Positions 10,707-22,917 of a DNA stretch of 42,988 nt are shown one piece after another. The stretch's first letter is position 1; each line of letters starts with the position of its first letter. The DNA is from Octopus bimaculoides (lineage: Eukaryota). The stretch spans positions 48,885,445 through 48,928,432 of the forward strand of contig NC_068981.1 in assembly GCF_001194135.2 (NCBI RefSeq), read 5' to 3'. The translations under genes were made by a program, and so were the position numbers. Under the pieces are notes generated by a model. That model was given only the letters and a program-made list of their open reading frames with translations, was not told the origin of the DNA and did no database searches.

Positions 10707-11154
10707 GGTATGTTTATTAAATGACATGAGTATTCCTTCCCATCACAATATAGCGGCGAACGAATTTGACAAGATCAGTAAATATAAAGACTTGCTAGAA
10801 ATTGAAACAAAATGTGGCATCTCAAGGCGTTTACCGTACCAGTGATTGTAGGATTTTTAGGAATGATACAAAAAAGGTACTGAAACCTATTTGAAAATGA
10901 TACCAGGCTTATCATCCCTAAAGGAAGTGCAAAAAATCGTGGAACGCCCCATGTACTTAGAAGAGCATTATCGCCGTGAAAACAACATCCATTCATGAAT
11001 TTATTCATTTATTAATTTTTTTTAAATACATACTTTACCTGTGAATTTGCGTGTGTAAACTGAGAATGCATACAATGAGCATCTCAACTCTAGGTGTGCG
11101 GAAAACACTTGGCAAGAAATGGAAGAAAATTTGAAGAAAGAAGAAAAAGAAAAC
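10704..11154 (+). mobile_element. R4/Dong-type piece 5 (family C): RLE C-terminus and 3'UTR
   Basis: CLLNDMSIPSHHNIAANEFDKISKYKDLLEIE..TVPVIVGFLGMIQK..LKMIPGLSSLKEVQKI..HVLRRALSP* (tga 10977-10979); distinct 3'UTR; AAT/GAT tail 11155-11196. Confidence 0.8.
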
Positions 11155-11199
11155 AATAATAATAATGATGATGATGATGATAATAATAATAATAATTAA

Positions 11200-11241
<42 letters not shown>

Positions 11242-11254
11242 CATTATTATTATT
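11155..11254. repeat. Convergent tails: (AAT/GAT)n followed by (ATT)n
   Basis: Orientation flips at ~11197-11202; these are the tails of the oppositely oriented pieces 5 and 6. Confidence 0.9.
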
Positions 11255-11675
11255 CAGTAGTTTTATTTTTATAACGTGCTTTCACTTCACTACCGAGCGC
11301 AGCTCTGTGTGCCTTGGGTATGTGCTGTGGTTTGCTGTGTTACTCATATGGTTACTGTATTGAAAGTGTGTTGCGTAGGATGTGTGCATTGCCCAGGAGT
11401 GCAATTTTCTGTATGTTATATATATACGTAAGTCCTGGTGTTTTTTTTTGTTTTTTTTTATATGTATTTGTCTGAATATTTTTGCTTATCATACCTAATG
11501 CGCCCACTATGATAGGAACTGTTTCTGTTTTTACATTCCACGTTCGATTTACCTCTATTTCCAGGTCTTTGTATTTTGAATGTTTCTCCATTTCTTTTAG
11601 AGAAACGTTGTCATTTCCTGGTATTGATACATCAATTGGTATTTTTTTTTCTTCATGATCTCTGACAACTATAGT
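11255..11675 (-). mobile_element. R4/Dong-type piece 6 (family D): RLE C-terminus and 3'UTR
   Basis: VVRDHEE..IDVSIPGNDNVSLKEMEKHSKYKDLEIEVNRTWNVKTETVPIIVGALG..IQKIALLGNAHILRNTLSIQ* (ORF 11352..11591); the 3'UTR ends aaaataaaactactg(aat)n. Confidence 0.85.
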
Positions 11676-13157
11676 ATTGTTTTTAATATTATAAGTTTGG
11701 CTATTGCTTTGTTTTCGTTAAAGTTGACTCCAATTCTCACCCAGAGACATCAAGAGACAATAAGTTAGAAGTTGAAGTTTGTGTTATATCTAGGGCGCAT
11801 TACGTTTTGTTTTGCACGACATATTGTTCTCGAGAATGTCTAAGAAAGCAAGAAAATTTAAAGTCTGTTTTAAAATTTGATGTTTCATAGACACTATTTT
11901 ATGTAGGATATAGACAGTTCTGTGAACACTATATTTTGAAATTATTCACTTTTCGGATTTCCTGGTATCTGAGCAAAGTTGCTATCAGTCCATTTTGCTA
12001 TTATTCCTAGGACATATATAACCATAAATATTGCTTTAGTCTTGATGTTCCAGATTTTGCCAATTTCTATTTCAAGACATTTATAATTGCTCAGGTTTTG
12101 GTCGGTTTTGACAGATGTATTTATGTCGATAGGGACAGTCATATCGATGGAGTGTCATGATTTTTGTCGGAAGTCCTTCAATATGATATCTGGCCTATTC
12201 GCATATATCTGTCTGTCAGTTAGAACCGTGGAGTTCTAGAGGGGTGAAATGTGGTCATTTTAATGCAATGGATGCGGTTTGTCTTCCCACAAGTTTTTAT
12301 CATGGAGTACGTCCAAATCTTTGCAAATTACCCAGTGAGTCCAGTGTGCTCCTCTATGCTCCCTGTTGATATACTCAGCAGCCGCAAAAACGGCACTTGG
12401 AGACAACATGAGCAATGGCTTCATTATGCTCTTCACATACAAGACATGTTGGTCTACTGCATTCTTTAATATGCTGGCTTGATTGCTCATTGTATGTAAG
12501 CATTGATCTTGGGCTGATAATATTAAACCTTTGGATTCTGATTTTAAGCCAGAAAACACAAACTGTTGATTAGTAAGCGTTTCGTCAACATCAGCATCAT
12601 TAGCTCTTTTTGGGTGTTTGCCATTCAGAAGGATTTCTTGCCATTTATCGGTAAGAACATCTAAGGCAGCAGTTTTAGCACTTGTTTTCACATGCTTATT
12701 ATTTTTTGTGCTTGTTCCAGAACGGTTAATTCTGGGATTTGTCGTATTTGGAATTCACTTAGTTATTTCTTTGCCTGTATTGTTACCGGTATAAATGCAT
12801 TAAGTTGAGTTTTAACATCCATTCATCACAGTTTTTCAGGTAAATATTTAGGCCAATTGTGGCAAACTTCATTGTTAATTTCAGTTGTAAAATTCCACGG
12901 CCACCCTCTTTATACTGCAGGTAAAACCGTTCTATATCTTGTTTAGAACTGTGTACTCTATGCATTGTCAACAATTTTCGTATTTTTCTGTCAAGTTTAG
13001 ATATTTCAGTACTTGACCAGTTAATAGATTGAAACTGTAAGTCACGACCGGTTTGGCTATAGTATTATTGCTTAGATCCTGCCTTTGCACTCAACTCTGT
13101 ATGAACATTGCCCTTACCCAGGGATAACTTTCTCTTCAGCTTTTCCCCTCATCATTG
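11676..13157 (-). mobile_element. R4/Dong-type piece 7 (family A): thumb, degenerate knuckle, RLE, 3'UTR and decayed TAA tail
   Basis: ORFs 12783..12974 (DIERFYLQYKEGGRGILQL), 12260..12691 (SGLKSESKGLILSAQDQ..HWTHWVICK) and 11942..12142 (MTVPIDINTSVK..KCLEIEIGKIW); RPDIILKDF near 12170-12200; 5' end capped by (GA)n. Confidence 0.85.
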
Positions 13158-13166
13158 AGAGAGAGA

Positions 13167-13210
<44 letters not shown>
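13157..13210. repeat. (GA)n microsatellite
   Basis: Read directly; one c interruption. Confidence 0.95.
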
Positions 13211-13213
<3 letters not shown>

Positions 13214-13224
13214 AAGCACGTAAA

Positions 13225-13516
13225 TATTGGGTTGAAAACCCCGGTTTAATAGAAAGGTTCGAAAGTCACCCGTGTGACACGAACCCACACGTACTGTAGT
13301 CAATAGTGATATTCTCCCTTTCTACTAAATCAATATTTCAAATTTATCTGTCCATTTGAGAAACTTCAATTTTACCAGCGATGATCTTATGTTTATGACT
13401 TCATAAAAATTATAAATTTTCAAGGGAACGTGAAATAGTTCTTTTTTGATGTTAGATTTTCTAATACAAAGGAAGCTTAGGACATCTTTTCTCCAAAAGG
13501 TGTTTTCAACCCAATA
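13225..13516. mobile_element. Candidate MITE with mariner-like ends, ~292 bp
   Basis: Perfect 15-bp inverted repeat tattgggttgaaaac (13225-13239) / gttttcaacccaata (13502-13516); non-coding interior. Confidence 0.55.
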
Positions 13517-16441
13517 GTTACATAACGTAAATTATGGATCTAGTTTTTTAAAAAATATTATTTCAAGTTCATTTAAAATCTAATTAATCCTTATGACGTC
13601 AATAATGGTGATAATGATTCTTACCAATATAGATTCACGGTGTGGAATTTTATGGTAGGAGCACCTAATATCATACTATCTTATGTCATTCGTAGAGGTA
13701 TGGAATTTGCCTGTTTTATCCTGAATGGCTATCCAGCACATAAGAGTTCCAATGTTCGATCGTCTTTTAAGAAGTTCCATTGATTATAATCCTTCAAGCA
13801 TGCAGAATCTTTCGCGTTAGTTTTAATCGAATGTTGATATACTGAATAATTTAGCTCAGTATTCTGAAAACTTTAAAAAATGGATTGCCACAGTTGGAAA
13901 GCCTTTCATCAAAAATGTGCGTGATCAGTGATGTCCTGCGAATAAATATCAACAGCATATTTGTGTCTTGTTTTTTTTTTGTTTTTTTTTTGTTATTTAT
14001 TTGTTGTATTGATGGGTTGTTAGCATTAGAACCTGGTTATGTTGCCTGATCGATGTATTTAATATATAAATATATTTTTACAAGACGGTAACCTAACCAA
14101 CAAATACCGAAATTTTACTTATCTTTGGAAATAAAGAAACCCAACGCAGGCACGGCACATAGTACCTCAAATCTGTATATTCAATAACTTTCTTGAAATA
14201 AATTCGTATCTAAAGCTTCTTCAAACACCATAGGTGAATTTTGTCTGAATACGATTGAAATTACAATATAGTTACATTATAATTGCTAGCATTTGGATGA
14301 CACTACGATTATTGCTTGATGGGTATAGTCGATAGTATTATCCACTCAAGTACATGATTGTTTCTTGATGTACAAACCGAAAAATCATGAAACACAAGGT
14401 CGACCTCCTCGTTGTTCGGACGCAAAACCTACTTAATACAAGGAATGTTGTCTAGCGTACTATTGATTTTATCATCCATCATCCTCAAAGAGCAACAAGA
14501 AAAAAAAGATAAAATAAATAAATAAAATTAAATAGAATAAAAAGGGGACATGCTAGAAAAGAAAAGAAATGCACTGTTGTTTTGCTTGTGTGAGTTTCGT
14601 GAATTTTATAAATACCTCCAGAAGCTTTCAAAAAACGTCAAACTACAACATTTCCTCTTTTTTATGACCTCGTAGGCTTTCTGCATAATTAAGGTATTAT
14701 TACAATTACATTTTACAACCATTAGCGTCGTCAATATTAACAAAATTACTAGTGCTCTCACGTGATCGAGTACAATTATTCGGATTCGTTTGTGTGACAT
14801 GTCACTACCATCCTTCATTCAATAGTAGCTCTGACTTAGAGGTTAAAAATCAAACTTGCTATTCTTATGTAAATGTTACTTATTCTCTTTATGGAATATG
14901 TACAAAACAGCTGCATACAAAAAAAAAAGTAAATAATAAAATAAAACGAAAGAAAGCAAAATGAAGAAACTGTCATTATAAGAGACAGGTGTCAACTCTC
15001 TGAACGAAACATATGAACAGAATTTGCATTATTTCATTTTGTTAGTACAACTTCTTGCCAAGATCGATATTAACTTTTATTCGGCCGAGAAATAAGCTTG
15101 TGGATATAGAAACGATAAATGCGATCGATCATATATATTTTCTATACTCAAGATCCTGCTATGCTGGGTACCTAATACATTGCTTGTGTTAACGCATTTA
15201 AAGCACTGTGAATTGGACAAACAATAGCTAGTAATATATAACGCACAAGAAATCAACGATATTAGATAATTATCAATATTTTGCACTTCAATCTTTCCAG
15301 AAAATCCAGGACAAAGAATTGCAGTCATATTTCACACTTATTCTGCCTTCATCAACAATGCATAAAGTTCATTTTTTTCTCTTTTGATTTTTATTGCGTA
15401 CATTACCTGTCGTGGGTATTCACATTTCCTTGAGATTACTCAAAGCAGTACATGCGTATTAAGTATTACCAATGGATGATGTCTGTTTTGAAGGTACGTA
15501 AGAAATATAGTTCTCTGTTTCTATATCCATTATTTATGATTTTTGTTCCCTAGTCCTTATATCTGGATAGATTTTCCGTCTCTTTCACACACACGCACGC
15601 GGGCACACGCATGTACATATGCGCACATGGATCTAACCAGATTTGATAAGACTTTTAGGCATCATCATTTTTTCCAAATTGTATTCTATATTTGGTTCAG
15701 AAATTTTCATAGAGTAACACATAAATGTTTCCTTAACGATCTGAAAATAGTGGATAGGCTATGCAATGCAACTCCAAGACTTTATCCTGTATGCAAGAAT
15801 ATATTGTGTGTGGTAACGTGAGACTTCCTGATAAAATGTAGTAGATGTTTTTCATTTCCGTTGGAATAATATATTAATCTAGCAAGCATAATTATGTTGT
15901 ATATATATTTTCAAAATAGGTTTCCAAAACGTTTCCAATGTTTCTTGAGGAGTTAAAGATATATACTTCTACAAGCTTAGTGTGTATCGTAATCCATATT
16001 TATTGGATGCTTTCTAAAAACATATAGGCATGCTTTCGACACCCTGACGTGTAAATGTATTGGGAGCAACCCTTCCATTTCGTGTAAAAATAGATGACGA
16101 CATTATTCTGTGATAACTTCGATTCTAAGAGTCAGTGGATAAAATAATGTCGATTTTATTAAATCCCTAGACAGTCTAGTATTTCCATAGGTACTTCCTC
16201 GTTGGCTAGATAGTTTTCTTAGCAAGCGAAAGTGGTTTTACTTTCATTTTCCACTTGTTTCGCCTCTTAGTTCATATTAGGCACGTACGGTGTAGTTAAA
16301 ACGTTAACAATTTGTATTTATTATTAACTACCTCTTTAGTCTGTACAGAATATTAATAAAACGCTGTGCAAGTACTGACTAAATATATTTCATATTCAAA
16401 ATACGATATCTTTGTTTATATTTTGTTTCAAATTATATCGC

Positions 16442-16620
16442 TTTCGAATTTTAGTACAAGGTCTGCAATTTAGAGGAAAGTTGTCAATCGATTACATCGA
16501 CTGCAGTACCTGACTGATATTTATTTTATTGACCCTGAACGAATGAAAGATAAAGTGGACCTCAACAGAATTTAAAATTAGAAAGTAAGCACGGACGAAA
16601 TGCTGTTGAGCATTTTGAAG
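16442..16620 (-). mobile_element. SINE family B (decayed)
   Basis: atcgattacatcgac..actgatatttattttattgaccctgaacgaatgaaagataaagtggacctc..acggacgaaatgctg; aligns with 6141-6362. Confidence 0.7.
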
Positions 16621-16989
16621 TAACATCAGGATTGTAAATAAATTGATTTCAGCCGTTTTCGGCGATGAGCAGCGTAAGTTTTCTATGAATCAGTCTACTC
16701 ATTCATTTAGCGTTTATATATCCGTTTGAATTTCAAGTAGTTTTACCCACATCTACTTGTAAGGCTTAGGTGACACTGAGGTTGCAGAATGTGCCACGTA
16801 GTGAGATCGAACTAGATTCTTCATGATTGCAAAGTAAATATCTTAATCATTGGGAAATAAATGTATTATTGATATTGTAAATCGGTTTCGAAATATTTGG
16901 TAGAATTTGCAGGTCATACCAAGTTTTACTTGTTTGATACCTTTGTATTTTAATGGAACAAATCAAGCTATTTGGACTTTTGACGCGAA

Positions 16990-17650
16990 AATGTTTCCTT
17001 GATTTGAAGTACAATTGCACGCTGACCAGGATTACTCACCTCAAACTAGACAATGATCCACTGTATTCAGAGGCATTTTGCCCAATCACACTGTTATATC
17101 ACCCATATAAGCTATTTCAGCACCTGATCCATAAAAACACGTGCCTGCTCTTGAGGTATCCATCATTCCTCACCAAGCAGGTTTCCAACCTGGTAAGTTT
17201 ACAAGATCCTAACTTCCGCATTTCGCTCAGCATATCGAGGATATGTTTCAGTAAATGATTGATAAGGGAGGTTTCTTTGTTGATCTATCTGTTGCATAGG
17301 TGACTCATCCCCTTAACCTGCAAAAAGTCATGGAGTTGACAAAGGGAGTACATTTACCCCACTGAAACCTTCGTGAAAGATAGGTGTTTCATTATTTTTC
17401 TGAGGTGAGATGTTGCGACAGCCAGACGTTCTGACAAATATCAACATCTGATGCGTGGTGGATTTTGTTGTGGTTGTTGATGCGCCGACACATTTTGAGA
17501 TTGGTGACATTTGCAGCATTTCCTTCAAAGTGAGCTAGTGTGAGCTAGAGGCGATTTGTCGTAGCTCATCTCTTTGACAGACCTGCAAAACCGAATCTAA
17601 CGTAGACTGACACAAGGCACCTGACACGTAGAGTACAGCTAGGTCCTCAC
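16990..17650 (+). mobile_element. Decayed non-LTR RT fragment, Ingi/Vingi (I-group)-like
   Basis: FCPITLLYHPYKLFQHLI (from 17077; cf. YRPISLLCxxYKLFERLI), IIPHQAGFQPGK (17162-17197), QHIED (17228-17242) and FVDLSVA* (17276-17299; cf. FVDLSAAY), in the correct order and spacing. The downstream part is heavily degraded. Confidence 0.65.
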
Positions 17651-17694
17651 AGCATGCTACCTGTCAAAAAAGGCGATGGTTGAATGACAATTGC

Positions 17695-17951
17695 TTACTC
17701 CCTTTACTCTTTTACTTGTTTCAGTCATTTGACGGTGGCTATGATGGAGCACCGTCTTTAGTCAAGCGAATCGACCCCAGGATTTATTCTTTGTAAGCCT
17801 AGTACTTATTCTATCGGGCTCTTTTACCGAACCGCTAGGTTACAGGGATCTAAACATACCAGCATCGGTTGTCAAGCGATGTTGGGGGGACAAACACAGA
17901 CACAAATATACGCACGGACATACATACATACATACATACATACATGCATAC

Positions 17952-17986
<35 letters not shown>

Positions 17987-18150
17987 NNNNNNNNNNTTTC
18001 AGTTTCCGTGTACCAAATCCACTCACAAGGCTTTGGTTGGCCTGAGGCTATAGTAGAAGACACTTGCCCAAGATGCCACGCAGTGGGACTGAAACCGGAA
18101 CCACGTGGTTCGTAAGCAAGCGACTCACCACACAGCCACTCCTACGCCTA
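17695..18150 (-). mobile_element. SINE family A, full length with internal (TA)n/(TATG)n
   Basis: Head aggcgtaggagtggctgtgtggtgag..gtggttccggtttcagtcccactgcgtggc; 3' end gtcaaatgactgaaacaagtaaaagagtaaaggag. Confidence 0.9.
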
Positions 18151-18159
18151 GTGTGTGAC

Positions 18160-18263
18160 GCTTACAGACCCTAGGTTTCCCAAGCGGTCACCCATCTAAG
18201 TACTCACTAGGCTCGACGTTGCTTAACTTCGTTGATCGGACGAGAACCGGTGCTCTCAACGTG
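18160..18263 (-). pseudogene. 5S rRNA-derived sequence, 5'-truncated (~104 nt)
   Basis: Reverse complement cacgttgagagcaccggttctcgtccgatcaacgaagttaagcaacgtcgagcctagtgagtacttagatgggtgaccgcttgggaaacctagggtctgtaagc matches invertebrate 5S rRNA from about nt 15 to the end. Box A (18214-18228) and box C (18181-18198) are recognisable. The 5' strand of helix I and an immediate T-run terminator are missing. Confidence 0.9.
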
Positions 18264-19270
18264 TGCTTTTTTCAAGTATTTTCCAGCAACTGGATGTCAT
18301 AATTTTCTGTTTTTGTCACAGAAACCTATTTTTATAAGGTAAGCTGATCTATATTTAATTTTTTTTAAACAAACAAAATAGCATCGAGTTCATCGAAATT
18401 TGTTTTGGTTCGACTTGTTCAAAAACGGCGTCAATTGTACCAAGCAGCATCCATACAAGATGAAAAAACTGTCTACAAATAAAAAGCGTTAGAATAACAA
18501 AACTTTCTTTGGAATGACACATTCTTGATTTAAAAAAAAACAAGAAAAAAAAGATGCCGTAACTGCGTTTACAGAAAAAAAACTCTATTGCATTTTGACA
18601 GACAAAATATGTGCTGCATTTTGAACGGTGAGTGATAATTCAGAAAGAAAAACATGTGAGTCATACTTTTCTCAGTTTCGTCACATGTTTAGCTTATCAA
18701 TCATTCATTTGATCACATTTACCCGTATACCCTATTTCTGTACAGCTCAAATCAACCACTGAATCTCTCCCTTTTCTACTTTTTTTTTTCTGTAAGCAAA
18801 TTCGCCTGTCACTCCATATATTTTTGTTTCTTTCAAAAGCACTGAATCGCTCTTTTTCCTTTCAAATTTTGATTCAATGCTTTCCCTTCAGTTTCTGTAT
18901 TTTGTAACTTCCTTCAATTTGAATTCTACCAAATTTTAGAATTGACAATCAAAGCAGCAACAATCACGATTACAATGAAATCGACGTCAACATCTACAAT
19001 AACATTGATATATACCCACAGATGCAAATGTTGCTAAGTAAGAAACAGAAAATACGTGTTCATTTTTTTCTTTAGCTTTGTATGCAAATGTCCTGTATTT
19101 ACCTCAATTCATTTCTCTCAAATATAATACTGGTCCTGCTAAATGTTCGTAGATGTGTTTTGTGCATCAAAAATTGTACATATTTCAAAATTTCCTTGGC
19201 CTCTCGACTATAGATTTATACATGTGCGTGCGCATATATGTGTGTGTATGCATGTATGTATGTGTGTATG

Positions 19271-19344
<74 letters not shown>

Positions 19345-19661
19345 NNNNNNNNNNNNNNNNNNNNNNNNNNNNNNNNNNNNNNNNNNNNNNNNNNNNNNNN
19401 NNNNNNNNNNNNNNNNNNNNNNNNNNNNNNNNNNNNNNNNNNNNNNNNNNNNNNNNNNNNNNNNNNNNNNNNNNNNNNNNNNNNNNNNNNNNNNNNNNNN
19501 NNNNNNNNNNNNNNNNNNNNNNNNNNNNNNNNNNNNNNNNNNNNNNNNNNNNNNNNNNNNNNNNNNNNNNNNNNNNNNNNNNNNNNNNNNNNNNNNNNNN
19601 NNNNNNNNNNNNNNNNNNNNNNNNNNNNNNNNNNNNNNNNNNNNNNNNNNNNNNNNNNNNN

Positions 19662-19704
<43 letters not shown>

Positions 19705-19718
19705 TGTGTGTGTGTGTG

Positions 19719-19754
<36 letters not shown>

Positions 19755-19799
19755 ATCTTATATGTACATTTATTAATATGAATGCTACCGTTGAGTTTA

Positions 19800-22700
19800 G
19801 AGCCTAATGTAACTTAACATCTCGTCTGCTTCCAGGGAATTTGTTTGGTTAATACTTAGGAGGGCTGCTGGTCATAATATACATGGAAAATGTGTGTCCA
19901 ATTACGGCAAACTCGTTTATATCATTTGTTTCCGTGTACGTTTCACTGTTGTGGATCTTCCAAGTGCAATCAGATGTGTTAACTACAATGGATCATCAAA
20001 TGAACACTTTATTGCAATTTCTTGCAGAAACCAATGAAGTGAACTCCTTATTATGTGCAATGTTTCAACATCCAATTGCATTTGGAACATTCAAAGCAGT
20101 GTTTCAATGAGCCGTAACGGTGAAACATACCGAGAAACAATTAATATACTTTGTAATTATCGTCGCAGATGTTATATTAAGAGTTCTTCATATCATTTAC
20201 TCCCTTGATCACAACTTCTTGTAGAACCTGTTTCTCTATAACTAAAACAAAATGCTAAATTTCTTTCCTTACTACTCCTTTCTGTAACTAAATACGGCAC
20301 TCATCCCTGATATCTTTATAGTTTCTCTTCAAAGGCACTAAACGGCTCTTATTTCTTTCAAAGTTTGATTCAGTATTGTTTTTATTTCCTGGGTTTTGTG
20401 TATTTCGCACTATTTGGGCTCCACCCAAATTTGTAAGTATCATACTCTATTCTAATTCTTTAAAATCTTTGAATTTTTCCTCCAGATAGCTTGTAATAAT
20501 TCTAAAAGTACTGAAAAACTCATCAACGCAATTTCTGCTTCAGTTCTTTTCCAGTCTAAATTGTTCACTTTCAATTCATAGTGCGAGTTTCTTTCCATCC
20601 TTAAACCATATCCTCTTGCCATCATCCGTGCCTTAAAATTCATCTTTTCCCCCACTGAATGATTGTCGACCCACACATGCCTTCAGTGATACCGCCTTTC
20701 GTTTCATTGATTGCACATAGTTGCTTGCATGCATTTTTGACTTTTGAAATCTTAATCCAGCGAATGTTCTTTACTACAGATTTTCGTAAGATTTCTATGC
20801 TTCTAATTTTATCCCTTTCCAGTATTCGAAGAGAAATAGATACTTCCTTTACATATTAGGATTTGTTAACCTCACTTTAGCCTGATCCATCCCGGTGACT
20901 TTTATTCCTTTCCTACGCTTCACTTTTCCCCCAGAGCACATTACATGTTATAGCATGTCACTTATAAATATTCATATGTTATACGTATAAATTTCAGTCA
21001 TCCATGAAAACGTGGCTATTTGCTTTTTCCCTATTCATTCAGATAGAACATTATTCCTTCACTTTATTTAGAAAAGCATACAAAAGAATCATCTCTAATA
21101 CATACAAGACAATGAATATACGGTTCTCTTGAAAACTTTCAATTCAACTCAACATATATGCTCAGATTTCCCTCCTGCTGATAATTTTACTCTCCAAAGT
21201 TGTATTGGATGTTTTAAACAGATGTCTAACGTTTGCTGAGATCACGGAATATTCCAAGTAAAATTCATTTATGGCCATAATTCTATATCATATGTTTTGC
21301 TATAATCGAGTCACTAGATGCACACATTTGTCATATACTTCCAGCAATTTCACACGACCAGCTAATCTATTTTTAATTAGTTTCCCATTTCCTTACTTTT
21401 CTTTGACAGCTGTTCTCTTCAGGCATTATTTTACGTTTCTTTGTTTATATACCGGAATATCTCTTCTGCAATTAACTTCGTTAAGTCTTTCCATGTAAAT
21501 ATAAAACGTGATTTAATGCTCACGTTCCTCTTCAATTTGTTCTTCCGTTGGTTGTCCACAGTCGTATAATCAACATTTCACATGTATTCATCTAGCTATA
21601 TTATTGTACTAGCTATTATATTGTGGAGATTTGTAAATTCTAACGGTCAATAATCATCGGCTCGATCTAGGTCAGAAATTTCCTCTTCCCAACGTTTTAC
21701 AACATTTTATTAACTTTTCTTTGTAGTTCTAAAATCAACCTGTGACTCACTATTTTCAGAGTAATTTTCCACTTGATATATTTATCACGAAATTCCACTA
21801 TATTTTACCCCATTTTTACTTGCCCAGCTTACTTTTATTTTTCGTAAGCCCTACTCTCACCTTCATTTACAATTAATACCTTGTTTTTAAATTTCCCAAC
21901 GAAGATACCAACAAACCTTTCTCTTTTTCATTTGTTTTCTCTCAGCATGTCTAAAACTGCATTAGCATTTGCCAATATGAATGAATTGTTATCGCCAAAT
22001 TATCATCAACACAGTAAAATTATTATTCACACTATTCACGTTTGATGTCATTAATTCAAGCAAGTTACAATCTACAATTCCCAGTTGAACTAACCTAAAG
22101 TGTTTTCTTCGAATTCTCAAGTATCTTATGTTGATTGTCATCTAGTGGCTACAGATAGAAAACTTTACTTTTCTTCATTATAATCTCAGTTTTGCTTTAA
22201 CGGCGAGAGTCGCGTCACTCTGTCTCACGAAAGTGTTTAACTGGGTAGACAGGGACTTGGTTTTCATCCTTCATAAAATGAACTGAAGAACGCATTCAAT
22301 ATAATATTCGTTCTCATTTAACAAAGGACATTTCTATACAATATGAGATAGAAATACGTCTGAATTACCGCATATTCCAAACCATGGATGAACAATCTCC
22401 AAGATATGTGATCCCGTTAATATGAGGTACTTGTTCTGAGCGGCCAAATTCATCTTTTAATTCTTTATCAGTCCGTCATGTAGCCATATCTAGTTATACT
22501 TGTCATCCCTTAACACGTTTGTGTTTTTCGAAACATCTGAGCAAAACTTATTTCATTTAAAATTTTGTTTATTCTTTTCTACACGTTACTGTTTTATTTC
22601 ATTGGGTTCTACGCATTTTGTTAATTGTCGTTAATTTATTTCTTCCATAAAGATTATTTTTACCCCTTTGTTTCTCCATAGAACCCTATACTTGTCTTTT

Positions 22701-22880
22701 CACTTTCTTCTACCGCTTCGAAAGCGATTAAAACTCTTTTTCTGCTAATCTCCAGTACAGCCGGTCCATGCCTTATTTTGTGTGAATGCATTTCGGCATC
22801 GCAGAGTGTTTTCTCATATTACTGTCGATGATTACGTGATTCCACTATTCAATAATTCCTGAACCATCTTTATCAGTGAC
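19800..22880 (-). mobile_element. Ancient, heavily decayed R4/Dong-type element (RT through knuckle and the start of the RLE)
   Basis: Motifs in the correct order on the minus strand, in shifting frames: WTTNGRT (21538-21564), WKDLTKLIAEEI, PEE (21415-21423), LDYSKTYD (21287-21310; cf. IDYKKAYD), FMDD (20997-21008), KYL..ILERDKI, KSKMHASN (20720-20743), ECSK (20081-20092), YYDQQP (19862-19879). The upstream boundary is uncertain. Confidence 0.65.
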
Positions 22881-22917
22881 ATTATTCATCTAGCATTATT
22901 GTTGTTATTATTATTAT

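Noticed and set aside
14320-14460. Faint SINE-B-like similarity; likewise 16700-16860 and 38755-38900
   Set aside because: Too degraded to call by eye.
14606-15821. ORFs 14606..14818, 14752..14964, 15077..15328 and 15543..15821
   Set aside because: Short, no recognisable motif, no supporting splice structure.
18160-18263. Calling this a functional 5S rRNA gene
   Set aside because: It lacks the 5' strand of helix I and an adjacent terminator and is not in a tandem array; annotated as a pseudogene instead.
18602-18633. Possible 26-nt micro-exon (ttttgacag|...|gtgagt)
   Set aside because: Not a multiple of three, no partner exons recognisable, and such motifs are expected by chance in 43 kb.
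20452-20760. 'LCAINETKGG' suggested an APE endonuclease motif
   Set aside because: The position and a neighbouring frame (KSKMHASN..AIN..W) fit the post-RT thumb of the R4 fossil; an APE downstream of the RT would be the wrong order.
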